A DNA stretch of 63,856 nt, the filler included, from Olpidium bornovanus S191 (taxonomy: Eukaryota; Fungi; Olpidiomycota): the NCBI GenBank assembly GCA_017911155.1. It is 36 parts of 36 records of this genome, joined end to end, with 100 filler letters (N's around TTAATTAATTAA, not from the genome) between each part and the next. Parts side by side here need not be neighbours in the genome. Positions count along the whole stretch, not along the records: positions 21,698 to 23,547 come from JAEFCI010005366.1; positions 23,648 to 25,700 come from JAEFCI010007206.1; positions 25,801 to 26,818 come from JAEFCI010005426.1; positions 26,919 to 28,250 come from JAEFCI010005413.1; positions 28,351 to 29,645 come from JAEFCI010002555.1; positions 29,746 to 30,921 come from JAEFCI010010169.1; positions 31,022 to 33,494 come from JAEFCI010013466.1; positions 33,595 to 36,669 come from JAEFCI010001132.1; 28 more parts are not named here. One strand, written 5' to 3'. This document shows, in pieces, positions 22,629 through 33,713 of this stretch (positions are counted from its first letter, which is position 1; every line of letters begins with the position of its first letter). Under the pieces are notes generated by a model, which saw nothing but the letters and a program-made list of their open reading frames with translations, was not told where the DNA came from and did no database searches. Both the position numbers and the translations under genes were made by a program.

Positions 22629-23492
22629 ATGGGCTCTTCTGACTCAGGAGGAGGCGGCGACGAGCTCAGCGTCATTCTCGGCTACGATCCAGTAAGAAAA
22701 TTTCCCTCCATACTCCCGAATAAGAAAACGTCTAGAGAGTGCATGAGTTGCATTCTGCACCTCCCTTACCTCCCTCCCCATTCTTTGCCGTCTCTGAAAC
22801 CACCCCCCTCTCAAAAAAAATATCTGGTTGCTCCGTTCCAAAGTGGTCGTACCCTCATTTCCCATACGCCGTGAGGTGCTGGTCATTCGTAATCTTCGGG
22901 TGGTGCGTCTACGAGCTTCTGCAGTGCGGCGCCATTCTCATCGGCGCGAGAGCGAAACGGAGATCCGGCGCCTTTCGTTCGATCGGTGCGGCGCTCGTCT
23001 TCGAAGCAATGTCCACCATTCTCGATATGGTAATTGCCGGTTACAAAAACGATCTGTTCGACCTGCCGCTCGACAAGCCTGCGGAAAATGTCATCGACAG
23101 CACCGGCATGGCCGTCGCAATGGCCGCGAAGTGCGCGTACGTCCTCGCGACCGTGAAAATCATTGTGACGGTCTTCGAAACAAGCAGGACCCTAAGGGTC
23201 GTGGTTTACGCAACGGCGATACTGGCGCTGATTACCATTATAATGTAAGGTGCAAACGGCCCAAGAATGAAAGTTTGCCGTCTTTTAAAAGCAAAACGCC
23301 CGAGCCACCCGACTCACGCTTTATTTTTTTTTCGACAAATCTTTTAACAGAGGAGCATTCGCCGTGAGCTTGATCTTGTATGTTGCGGCTGATGATTATT
23401 TGACATACGTCACAACCAGCGACATCAACCAAGAAATTAGCGATTCAACGAAAAACACTGTTGGTTTCACCACGTACGCAATAGCTAGTTCA
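22629..23492 (+). CDS. Multi-pass membrane protein (at least 4-5 TM segments), multi-exon, 3' truncated
   Basis: Successive hydrophobic helices (WSFVIFGWCVYELL, IGAALVFEAMSTIL, AYVLATVKIIVTVF, VVVYATAILALITII) with gtaag/gtgag donors. Confidence 0.6.
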
Positions 23493-23647
23493 GGTGAGCG
23501 AGAAAGATTGGACAAAACACATAAAATTTCTGCGTACGCACATGAAANNNNNNNNNNNNNNNNNNNNNNNNNNNNNNNNNNNNNNNNNNNNTTAATTAAT
23601 TAANNNNNNNNNNNNNNNNNNNNNNNNNNNNNNNNNNNNNNNNNNNN

Positions 23648-24448
23648 ACGTTCTGGGAAGCGCGGTTGCCTCAAGGCTCTGTTGGAAGTCAAGAGGCACC
23701 TGGACCACCACGACGTGTACCACGTGTATTCACACATCCTGCTGAACGACTACTGCGTCTGGGTCATGGGCGCCAGGTGAGCTTCCTTGCGCAGGTTTTT
23801 TGCCCAGAGAGCGCGGCGTTTTTTTCGGTTGTTTTTTTTTTTTTTTTTTTTTGCTTTTGGTGTTTTTTTTGTATTTTTGGGGGTTTTTTTGTGTTTTTTT
23901 TTTGTGATTTTTTTGTGTTTTTTTTGTGTTTTTTTTTTGTGTTTTTTTTTGTGTTTTTTTTTTTTGTTGGTTTGGCTCCGGAAAGAGCACTCCCCCACCA
24001 CCGTTCTTTTTTTCCTCCCAAAATCGGCTTCGCGCAGTAACCGACCCCGACTTCCCTTTTTCTTTTTTTCTTTCGCTCGGGGCCTCCCGGGAAATTGCAA
24101 AGCGAAAAGGCCTTGCGCTCCCTCGCGCGCGAGATTAAGCGCGACGACGTAACCAAGGCGGAGATTGGCTGGGACCTGCCCAGGCTGGATGCCATCGCCC
24201 AGGCGGAGCTGAGCTCCCTTGGTGAGGCCCGCGCGCCGAACGTCGACGAGTCTTCCGGCGCAGACGACGACCGCGAGAACGAGGCGGAGGAGGAGGTGCT
24301 GGTGGATACAGGGAAACACGTAGACGAGCGGAGGCCGCGCGAGGGTCCGTCCGACGCTTCGGCCGGCGCGGGCGATACAGGTTCCGTGCCGATGGACCTC
24401 GGGCCGGCGACAGCTCCGCGCGGGCCCCTGATCGTGGAGATCAGCTGA
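23648..24448 (+). CDS. SHQ1: H/ACA snoRNP assembly factor SHQ1, last two exons
   Basis: SGKRGCLKALLEVKRHL...ILLNDYCVWV, then KAEIGWDL and a terminal PLIVEIS*. Confidence 0.8.
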
Positions 24449-26429
24449 AAGCACACACGTACCCTCCAATCCCCCCCCCCGCCCCTCCCCGAACACACAC
24501 ACTCTCTCTCGTTCCTTTTTCATCAACCATCATCGTCGTCATCATCAACGTCATCCCGCCTTTGCGGTAACGAAGCCGAACTCCCTTTTTTGGGTCGACT
24601 GCTGCTGTCCACCTCCCCGGTCTGTTCCGGGTCACGTTTTTTTTTTTTTTTTTTTTTTCGTCTCGCCCGGCAAAAGGATAAAAAGAACTTTTTTTTCGCT
24701 TACTGAGACGCAAGGCGACAAGCCCGTTCCCCCGGTCCCCCCCTCCCCCTGCACGCCCCCTTTTTTCCTTCATTTTTTTTTTTTTGATCGACACGGCGGC
24801 AAAAAAAAAAGAAAACGAATCACACGAACCACCCCCTCGTGTTTGTCCCATCAAAATTCTTTTTTTTTCTTGTCGGTGAACCGGGGTTTTTTGGGGGAAG
24901 GTGAACGGGTTTTTTGGGGAAGGGAAGAGAGGGGGGGGGGATTATTGAACCAGGTCGGCAGAAAAAAATGATCCCCTGCCACACACGCCGTCCCCCCCCT
25001 TTCCCCCAGTTGATTTTTTTTTTTTTTTTGGAAAGCCAGGAAGGGACGTCCCCGCGGCGAGCCCGAGAGAAGGAGAGGAAGACGGGGGAAATAAGGCCCT
25101 ATTCGGAAAGTGGCGTTCCGCTGTATAAATCCCGCTCCAGGCCTCACTTTTCGTATCGCAGGGGATCCTGCAAAAGGGGGGTCACGGAAACCAAGGGAGG
25201 GCCGGTGCCGCGTCCGCCTCTCTCGGCCTCGCCCCTTTCCCTTTTAATTTTCCACCCCGCCTTTTTGTTGTTTTATTTTATTTTTGTCAATTCAGGTTTT
25301 GGATTTGGTTCGGGGCGTGGGTGGGGGGGAGGGGAGTTTCGTTGGGGATGGTCTCTAAGCGAGGGACATAAAAAAAAAGGAGGAGGGACGGCCCCCCCCG
25401 GGGGGGGGGGGGGGGGGGAGGGGGGGAGAAGGGGGGGGGGGGGGGGGAGGGGGAGGGGGGGGGAGGGGGGGGGGAGGGGGGGGGGGGGGGGGGGGGGCGG
25501 GGGGGGGGGGGCCCGGGAAAAAAAAAAAAAAAAAAAAATCCACCCCCCCCCCCCCCCCCCCCCCCTCCCCGCTCTCTCTCTCTCGCTCCTCTCTCTCTCT
25601 CTCTCTCCCTCTCTTTCTCTCTCTGCTTTCCTCCCCCCCCCCCCCCCCCCCGGGGGGGGCCGTCCCTCCTCCTTTTTTTTTATGTCCCTCGCTTAGAGAC
25701 NNNNNNNNNNNNNNNNNNNNNNNNNNNNNNNNNNNNNNNNNNNNTTAATTAATTAANNNNNNNNNNNNNNNNNNNNNNNNNNNNNNNNNNNNNNNNNNNN
25801 CATCCGCCGCCGCCCTTCCGTTGTCGACCTCCGCCTCTTCGGTTCTCATGCCCCTTGCTACCAGCGAGCCTTCTTCAGTGACCGCGTCCGCGCCACCATC
25901 TACTAATGGATCTTCCTCGGCGACCGTTGCTCCCGGCGGGTTTTCTTCCAGTGGCAACGCGTCGGCTCCCGGCTCGGCAGCAGCTGACACGCCGCCCGTT
26001 CCGTAGTCGCGACGCCACTCTCCTTTCTCCTCCCCTCCAGAGGGAATCGAAATAAAAAAAACATGTGTACGGTGGAATTTCGAGATCAAGTTTTGGAATT
26101 TGGTAGTCGAAACTTGGTCACCCGGCCTCCTTCATTCGAGACTGCCGCCATCTCTTCCTCGCCTTCAACCTGACGTTTGGAGCCTCGAGGCGCCACACTC
26201 CCTCTCATCGACCTAACCGTCCATAACGCTGCAGATAGCACTGACAGCAAAAGTGGTCGATGAGCGAGTATGGTCCGGTCCCGAGGGCGTCCTCCGGCAA
26301 TCTTCCACGTCCCACGCTGCATGATTTTTTATTTGTCCGGCGTCTCCCGATGGGTATCCAACGATCATAGACTGCCTACGTATCCTCGACGAGGAATCAG
26401 GGCGTCGTAGTTCGAATACGCTCGCTATG

Positions 26430-26818
26430 GGTTAATCGTGCATTCTTGAGCGCAGGTCTGTTTCTTGTTCGTCCCATCCCAACTCGTCTTCTTCACTGAG
26501 TTCTGCCTCCAATTGCGTCAATTCCGTTCGCATCTCACCAGTTCGACGGCGGAACAGCCGGATCCGAGTTCCAAATATCGAGTCTTTAACGGAGTTCCAT
26601 CCAGCTCACGAAGGACGTAAGTTCAAGCGTCTCGGTTTACTTCATCCACAACATAGGGCCCAAACCACCGAGGCAAAAGTTTTCGCTCTGTCCGAAACTC
26701 GTTGAATATTCGATCATTCCGCACTAAGACCCATTCTCCGGGTTCAATGGTTTGTTCTCGTGTCGTTCAGGCTGAGTCTACCATCTCCTTTGCCTTTTCC
26801 CGTTCTTTCTCCAGTCGC
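26430..26818 (-). mobile_element. Degenerate Ty3/gypsy integrase C-terminus
   Basis: IEPGEWVLVRN...KLLPRWFGPYVV...YVLRELDG (GPY/F module) with in-frame stops. Confidence 0.85.
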
Positions 26819-26918
26819 NNNNNNNNNNNNNNNNNNNNNNNNNNNNNNNNNNNNNNNNNNNNTTAATTAATTAANNNNNNNNNNNNNNNNNNNNNNNNNN
26901 NNNNNNNNNNNNNNNNNN

Positions 26919-27033
26919 TAACGTAACAGGGGTTCTTCCTTTTCTAAGCTTAACCTAAACCTTAAACTCGGTTTTGTTTTGCTCGGACCGCACCACCCCG
27001 ATTTTTACGGTAAATACCAGGGTAACCCTGGCA
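26919..27033. repeat. Copy A of a ~115-bp direct repeat ending in the palindrome CCAGGGT-A-ACCCTGG + CA
   Basis: Differs from 27580-27695 by 4 substitutions and 1 indel. Left end is cut by the contig edge. Confidence 0.92.
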
Positions 27034-27102
27034 CACATGGAACCCTACCCGAAACCACGAACTTCGCCCACAACAACACAACAAAGGCAAGTGCCGAAAA
27101 AA

Positions 27103-27314
27103 TCGTCAATTGTCAATCGGCCATTGTCAATCGCTAATTGTCAATTATCGATCGTCAATTGTCAATTATCGATCATGTCAATTATCGATCGTCAATTGTC
27201 AATTGTCAATTGTCATCAGTTGTCAATTGTCAATTGTCGTCAGTTGTCAATTGTCATCAGTTGTCATTTGTCAATTGTCGTCAGTTGTCAATTGTCAATT
27301 GACGGTAAATTGAC
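27103..27314. repeat. Degenerate heptamer tandem array (ATTGTCA)n
   Basis: Repeated TTGTCAA/TTGTCAT/TTATCGA variants over ~210 bp. Confidence 0.92.
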
Positions 27315-27579
27315 TCTAAAACACAAAAGGCAGGCGGCGACAGGCGGCGACGGGCGGTGGGCAGGCCAGGAACGGGGGAGGGGGGGGGTTTCAGGTTAAA
27401 GGGGGGGAGTTCCGGTTGAAGGGGGGTCCGGGAGTTCGGGGAGGTTGGGGGGGAAGGGGGGCAGCTCGGAAAATTTGGAAAATAAGGGGGAGGCCAATAG
27501 GAACCAGAATAAAATTCCCCGAAAGGGGAAGTTCACCAGAAACAGAGCCCCCTTGGAAATAGACCAATGAAAACCAGAA

Positions 27580-27695
27580 TAACGTAACAGGGGCTTCTTC
27601 CTTTTCTAAGCTTAACCTAAACCTTAAACTTGGTTTTGTTTTGCTCAGACCGCACCACACCGATTTTTATGGTAAATACCAGGGTAACCCTGGCA
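27580..27695. repeat. Copy B of the ~115-bp direct repeat, abutting the truncated copia integrase
   Basis: Aligns to 26919-27033 by eye. Confidence 0.92.
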
Positions 27696-28249
27696 TTTAT
27701 TACCTTGCCAGGACATCAGGTACGGACCCGTGACGTCGACGTGTATGATCCGGTTGCACTCGTACTTCGTCTCGGACGGGGGGGGGCGGGGATCGGCGCT
27801 GTTTCCCAAGCACGCACGGCTCGCACACGTCGTGGTTCGAAGCGATGCGCGTACTACTGAGCTGGCCAACGCATTGCTTCTGAAGCAGGCGGAGGTTGCA
27901 TCCGCCAAGGTGACAGGTCCGGCGATGCCAAATGGCGTAGTCTGGTGTGCCTGGCGTCGCGCCGGCTGCGCTGGCAAACGCAGGATGTTGGTTCCAGCCA
28001 ATTGATGGCTCCACGTCAAGTTCGAAAAGGCGGTTCCGCATCGTAGCCGTGGCCATCTTATCTGACCAGATCAGAGGACTCGCCAAGCTGCCTACAATGG
28101 CCTCTCCGTCCCCAAACAGAACGTAAAGGCCTTTTTCAACGATTGTGCCGACAGAAACGAGTCCGGTGCGAAACGGAGGAACCTGGTAAGTATTCTGGAG
28201 CTGGGTGTGACGGTCCGTCGTGGTGCAGTGGAGGTTGACATCGCCCATG
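27696..28249 (-). mobile_element. Ty1/copia pol remnant (GAG-pre-integrase and start of integrase core), frameshifted
   Basis: VPPFRTGLVSVGTIVEKG, IWHRRTCHLG...CEPCVLGKQRR (HHCC), then IIHVDVTGP after a frameshift in a G-run. Confidence 0.9.
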
Positions 28250-28419
28250 ANNNNNNNNNNNNNNNNNNNNNNNNNNNNNNNNNNNNNNNNNNNNTTAATT
28301 AATTAANNNNNNNNNNNNNNNNNNNNNNNNNNNNNNNNNNNNNNNNNNNNCCCCCCCCACGCCAACCCGCCCAGCGGGCGTTCCGCGGGTTCGCCGTCCG
28401 CAGGCACCTGACGCGCGGC

Positions 28420-29645
28420 GTGCGGGACGCGTACACCGAAATCGCGCGGAGGGCGGAGCGGCCGGCCCGCGGCTCGGGCGCGTGCGGCGAGGAGGCGCGG
28501 CGCGGCGCGCCGCCGCCGCGCCGTGCGGTTTTCGTGGGGTGGACCCGCGGGAGCCGGGCCTGGTGGGAGCCGCCCGAGTGGCAGGACCGGAGCCGGGAGC
28601 CCGCCCGGTGCCGGCCGCGGCCGAATCCGGAGGGGCCCCCGCGCGGCGCGGGCGCCGGCGGGCCGGCGGAGGTCGGTCCGCCCGGCGGGGTGGCCGGCGC
28701 GGGCGCGCGGCTGCTGCAGCCCCCAGACGCGCGGCCCTTCCCGCCATCGGCCGAAGTGCAGCGCGCCGCGACCGAGAAGCGTCCGGGTGATCATCCGTCG
28801 CCGGCGGGCGACGTCCCGGATAAAGCCGGCCTTTCCACACCGGTCGAGCCGGTTGAGAACGTCGTGGCCTGCGCGAGTGGCGACGTCCCGGATAAGGCCG
28901 GCCTTCCTACACCGGACGAGTTGGCTGAGAAGATCGTGATCGCCGCTCGCGCAGGCCAGCTCCAGGATGCCTCCGGCGCAGCGTCAACTGCACCAGGCGC
29001 CGTCGGGCAGACCAGACACCGCACTGCGGACAACATCCTCGCAGGCTGCCCCCGGGATTTCGCGCTGGAAGAGGGCGAAATCCGCGGCTTCCCGGAGAAC
29101 TATGGCGAAGTGGCGCCGGCGCCTGGAGCGCGACGAAGCGCGGATGCGACGGCCGTTTCCGGCCTGCCAAGTGACGATTCCAACGGATGCAGCGTTTTTC
29201 CCGCGGATGCCGCGACCGTTGTCCAAAACCGGAGTTCGGAAGTACACCCGTTGACTCAAAATTCGGAACGCGGATTGCACGAGGATTCCCTGCTTGGTTC
29301 GGCGCGCTTGTCCAACGTTGTTTTGTGCGGGCCGGGTGGGAGTGCAGCCGGCGGTGATGTGTCCACTGGCGCGCAGAAATTGGACGACGAATTTCCGGAC
29401 GCACGCGACTTTTCAGCCCTGATCCAAGAGCCGTCGAACGGAGACTCGAGTGCTCCTTCCAGCGTCAATTCCCGCCTGTCGGACGACGTTGAAGACCTGC
29501 ACTCACAGTCGGCCGTGGGCGACATTACCGGAACGCCACTACATGGATCCAACCTCTCTGAGGTCGTCGAAAAACTGGAACGCACGTCCGTTCCTCAGGG
29601 CGCGTCTGAACAGTTGCTGGCGGCTGGCGATCCGGAGATGGCGGG
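28420..29645 (+). CDS. Hypothetical low-complexity, probably disordered protein fragment with a duplicated GDVPDKAGL(S/P)TP motif
   Basis: Frame is open for more than 400 codons to the contig edge and includes a 78-nt internal duplication. No family recognised. Confidence 0.45.
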
Positions 29646-29807
29646 NNNNNNNNNNNNNNNNNNNNNNNNNNNNNNNNNNNNNNNNNNNNTTAATTAATTA
29701 ANNNNNNNNNNNNNNNNNNNNNNNNNNNNNNNNNNNNNNNNNNNNAACTCACTGCTCAAACCACGCTTGATGTGATCAACGTCCTCCTTGTCGTGAGCGC
29801 CGATCAG

Positions 29808-30013
29808 AATGTCGTCGACCCATGTACTCCCAGTTTGCGAAGCAGCAGGACTTCGATACAGTCCGACAGTTTGCCGAGGATATCGGGTGCGTCACCTACT
29901 GTCACCCCAAGCGACGGCTGCTGGTCGTGACACCGACCGGGCACGAGCAAGTCCGGGCGTTTGTCATTCGGAAAGCGGCCGAAAGGGCGGCGGCCAAGTC
30001 GGCGGCGAAGTAA
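29808..30013 (+). CDS. TFB2: TFIIH subunit TFB2/p52, last exon
   Basis: MYSQFAKQQDFDTVRQFAEDIGCVTYCHPKRRLLVVTPTGHEQVRAF matches the p52 C-terminal domain. Confidence 0.8.
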
Positions 30014-30618
30014 TCTGTGCCGGACGACGGTCTTGCATGTCTGCATCCCCGGGTTCCCCTATCCTGCGATGGATTGGCCTCTCAACCGGCAATTTATCTG
30101 CCCATTCAGCAACGTATACTTGATGTCACATTATATCCATTCAATCCCGACGATCGCGGGTCGGCAGTGTGTTCTTTGCGTGTTGGAGGAGGGCGTTCAA
30201 GGCGGGGGGAAGCAACACGGAACGCCGGTAACTTTTCTCTGCTTGCGTCTGGAACTGGGCCTGGTGTGTAACCAGCGAAGTACGGGCGTTGGGATTTTTT
30301 CCTTTTTGCGGCTGCTGGCATACATTTCTTTTCTATCCTCTCTCTCTCTTTCTCTCTGGTCTCTCTCTCTTGGCGACATTCCCCGCGCCCAAATCGTCTT
30401 TTTTTTTTTTTTTGCGGCCGGTGGCGGTGTACCTCTTTTTTTTTTTTTAGTTGATCAGTTGGTCTTAATTTGACGCTTTTTTATTCTCCTCGCCCGGACC
30501 TTGCCTCTCTCTTTTCTTGATCAATTGAACAATTTTCTTGTTATCTTGAACAATTTTCCAGGCTACTCCGCCCCCTCTGTACATTGCCGAAACAGGCAGA
30601 TGACAAAACGAAAATGGT

Positions 30619-30921
30619 TTGAACCAAAGGTCGCTACCAGACAGCAGCCGGCGTTGCACCTTGTGCGGGGAACCTGGGCATACAAGAAGGAGGTGTAAAT
30701 TGGGGTTTTCTGTCAAAACAGCCCCTACACAGGTGTCTACGAGTCAGAAGTGCGGTCTCTGCCACCAGGAGGGGCACAACCGTACCTCTTGTTCAAAAAA
30801 TCCGGCCAATATTGTAACAAGTCTATTCACGTCACGCACTACCAGTGCTATCGAGGGACGGAATTATCTGGAGACTTGTGTGATTCGGGTTCGGGATCGG
30901 GATCGAGATCAGGGTCTGTGC
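30619..30921 (+). CDS. Twin CCHC zinc-knuckle fragment (transposon-derived or RNA-binding)
   Basis: CTLCGEPGHTRRRC and CGLCHQEGHNRTSC are both CX2CX4HX4C. Confidence 0.6.
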
Positions 30922-32293
30922 NNNNNNNNNNNNNNNNNNNNNNNNNNNNNNNNNNNNNNNNNNNNTTAATTAATTAANNNNNNNNNNNNNNNNNNNNNNN
31001 NNNNNNNNNNNNNNNNNNNNNCATGGGTCTGGGCTTGCATTGGTGCATAGCCTTATTGATGTTACGTGCTCAAATAGGATCTTAGATTTACTGCGTTGTC
31101 TCGGTCTCTTGAATCAAAGAAAGTCTCGGGGAACGGCTCCTGCAAGCCCGTCACGTGATCAGCGGATTGTCGGCAGAACTTGAGCGCCATCGCTTAACTG
31201 CCACCACCGACTAGGCGAACGCACGAAAGTAATGTTTTGGATTCGACGAGGCAATTGGGGGCCTAGGCGACTGGGGAACGCGGACGGAAGGTTTCTTGTT
31301 TGTTTTGTATTGTCGGGCGGCAGAGTGCGCTAGTTACAACAGGAATTGGACAGAGCAACATATACATTCCCACTGCCATGGGGATCATCGCAATACAACA
31401 TCCCTTCCACATTTCCATGGAGAGTGACTCCTTCCCTGAACTCTTCTCCCAAAGTAGAGGATATTTTCGTCCTCCCGCGTGCATACCATTTTTTCGTTTT
31501 CGGCATCATCCTTTTTCAACGCTCGCTTCGGTCGTCGCCGATGACAAAAGCGCGCCTCTGGTGTGAAGCTGTGATGATTGACAGGGGCATGTGGCCAAAC
31601 GTTTGTAAGGTGAATGGCTTGTGCATTCTGCGAGCCAACCCGCGCTCCGTCACCAGACGTTCCAACGTCATCCGCTCCGACAAATGGCCTTCTACCACAC
31701 GCCCCTCGCTTTCTGTTTCTCTACGCCCTGGTCCTATACATTTAGATTCCAGCTGCCAAGGCTAGTTCCAACACAGGATCCTCCGTTCTTTAAGCATTCC
31801 TGGTTTTTTTTTTTTTTTTTTTTTTTTTTGATTTTTGACTAGCCATGCAGACGCCTTGCACAGAGTCGATCCCATGCCACCTTTGCACTGCCTATCACCA
31901 CGCCCGCGCCCTACCACTCGCGGGCTTTGTGGATGGGTTCGGTACCCTCCAGTGTGCTCACGCCAGCGGCACGCACCTGCCGGTCGCCAGGCATCAGCTT
32001 CCATGGCGCCGTGACTTGGATGGACAGATCAGATTTGCGAGAACCCGGCTTATTTGGACAGCATCAGCCACCAGGAAGATATTCATGATGGTGTCATCAA
32101 CTATTTCTATCAGAGTGGCTTTGGTGTTCGCTGCCAGGAGAAAGGCGACTATGGACCTCAGACTTTATCGTGAAGGGGAAGGACTAATACAGATTGCCTT
32201 CTTCGGTTTACCGCAGCGAATGAGGGCGGAATACCAACTAGCGAATTGTCCGGAAAAGAGTGGCCGAAGCCCTCCCGAACACGCCAGAAAAGG

Positions 32294-32332
<39 letters not shown>

Positions 32333-32387
32333 GGCGTTTGCACAGGAAGGGCCCCGCGTTTTGCCGAGGGCCGCGCTTGCGGCCCAC

Positions 32388-33472
32388 ATGCCGCTTGCCC
32401 TGGAAACTCTGCAGGACCTCTTTCCGGAGACCGACCCCCGGGAGCTGGAGCGGGCGCCGGAGGCTAGCGGAGGAACCCTCGAGCAAGCGGTGGACTTCGT
32501 CGTCGGCTTTGTCGATAACTCGCCGGCCGCATATGGCGTTCCGCAGGTTCCCGCCGGACCGACGGCCCGTGCCAAAACGCCTCGCGCCGGGTGCTGCCGT
32601 TCCTCGTCACCGCCAATAGACCTGACGTCCACCACGCCGCCGCCCATTGCCACGGATGCGATCCCGGCGCACTCTCTCGCCGAAACTCCTTTAGAAATGC
32701 TGAGCACCATGTTTCCGGAAGCGGACCCCGGCGAGCTGAACACTTTGTTGAGAAATGCGGAAACGGCTGAGCGGGCGCCAGGTGTCACCGCTGCGGAGCT
32801 CGTGACTCAACAGGTTTTGGAGGCTGGGAAAGACTTTCCGAAGCGGAGCGCAAAGAGGAAGCGCGACGGAGAAGATGGAGAAGATGCCTCGAACGGAAAG
32901 CGGCGACGGACCTTTGAAGTCGAACCTCACCGGGGAATTTCTCACGCTTACCTGATGCTGTGGTAAGCGCGCAAATCGCGGAGCATCTGCGGGTATGCCC
33001 TTGTTTGAGTCCTCGGTGCTCTATTCGCTCAACTGCTGAATGTGATATCCGTTGTTGCAACCCTACCCAGCAAGGAGCAAGCCCAGCGGGACTTCCCGGA
33101 CATACCCCTGCCTTTCGTTTGGAAGATTTGCGCCGAGAAGAGACACCAGTACCCAGCTGTTTTTGAAGCCTTCCGGCAGGCAAAGCAAAAAGTTTCCGAG
33201 GGCGTTTTGGTGTACAAAACACTGATTCGGCCACGAAACTACAGTCGCCGCCCGTTCCCAGCAGTCAACGACGAAGAGTTTGTTGCTGACCTACAATGGG
33301 TAAAGGAACAACGTGGTGAGGGTTTTGCTTTGCTCGTTACATTGACTTGTCGCCAATCCCGAGACCCTGACATCCATGTTTATCGCAGAGTTAATCCAGC
33401 AGGAAAGTGACCGATCACTGGCGGAGAAGCTTAATGAAGAGGAATATGAAGCGACCGGAAACTCTTTGGAGT
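32388..33472 (+). CDS. RNF216/TRIAD3-like RBR E3 ligase, N-terminal CUE-like repeats, truncated at RING1
   Basis: LQDLFPETDP and LSTMFPEADP CUE-like motifs, QRDFPDIPL, and LAEKLNEEEYEATGNSLE-C just before the expected RING1. Confidence 0.65.
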
Positions 33473-33713
33473 GGTACGCCTTCGTCTCTGTCTCNNNNNN
33501 NNNNNNNNNNNNNNNNNNNNNNNNNNNNNNNNNNNNNNTTAATTAATTAANNNNNNNNNNNNNNNNNNNNNNNNNNNNNNNNNNNNNNNNNNNNGTGTCG
33601 GACCCATTCACCGGTTTCTTACAAAGCCAACATACTGTCAATAACGTCGCCTGCCCCAGGAAGGTAATTCCCGTTATCTTGCAAAAAAAGGCTACAAGGG
33701 CTTTTTGTACATG

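Noticed and set aside
23666-25696. Poly-F/K/G/P ORFs
   Set aside because: Translations of homopolymer and T-rich intronic tracts.
27034-27055. tRNA primer-binding site (TGGAACCCTACCCG) after repeat copy A
   Set aside because: Only a partial resemblance to a tRNA 3' end from memory; cannot be supported without the tRNA set.
26974-27399. LSIVNCQ-repeat protein
   Set aside because: Spurious translation of the heptamer DNA array.
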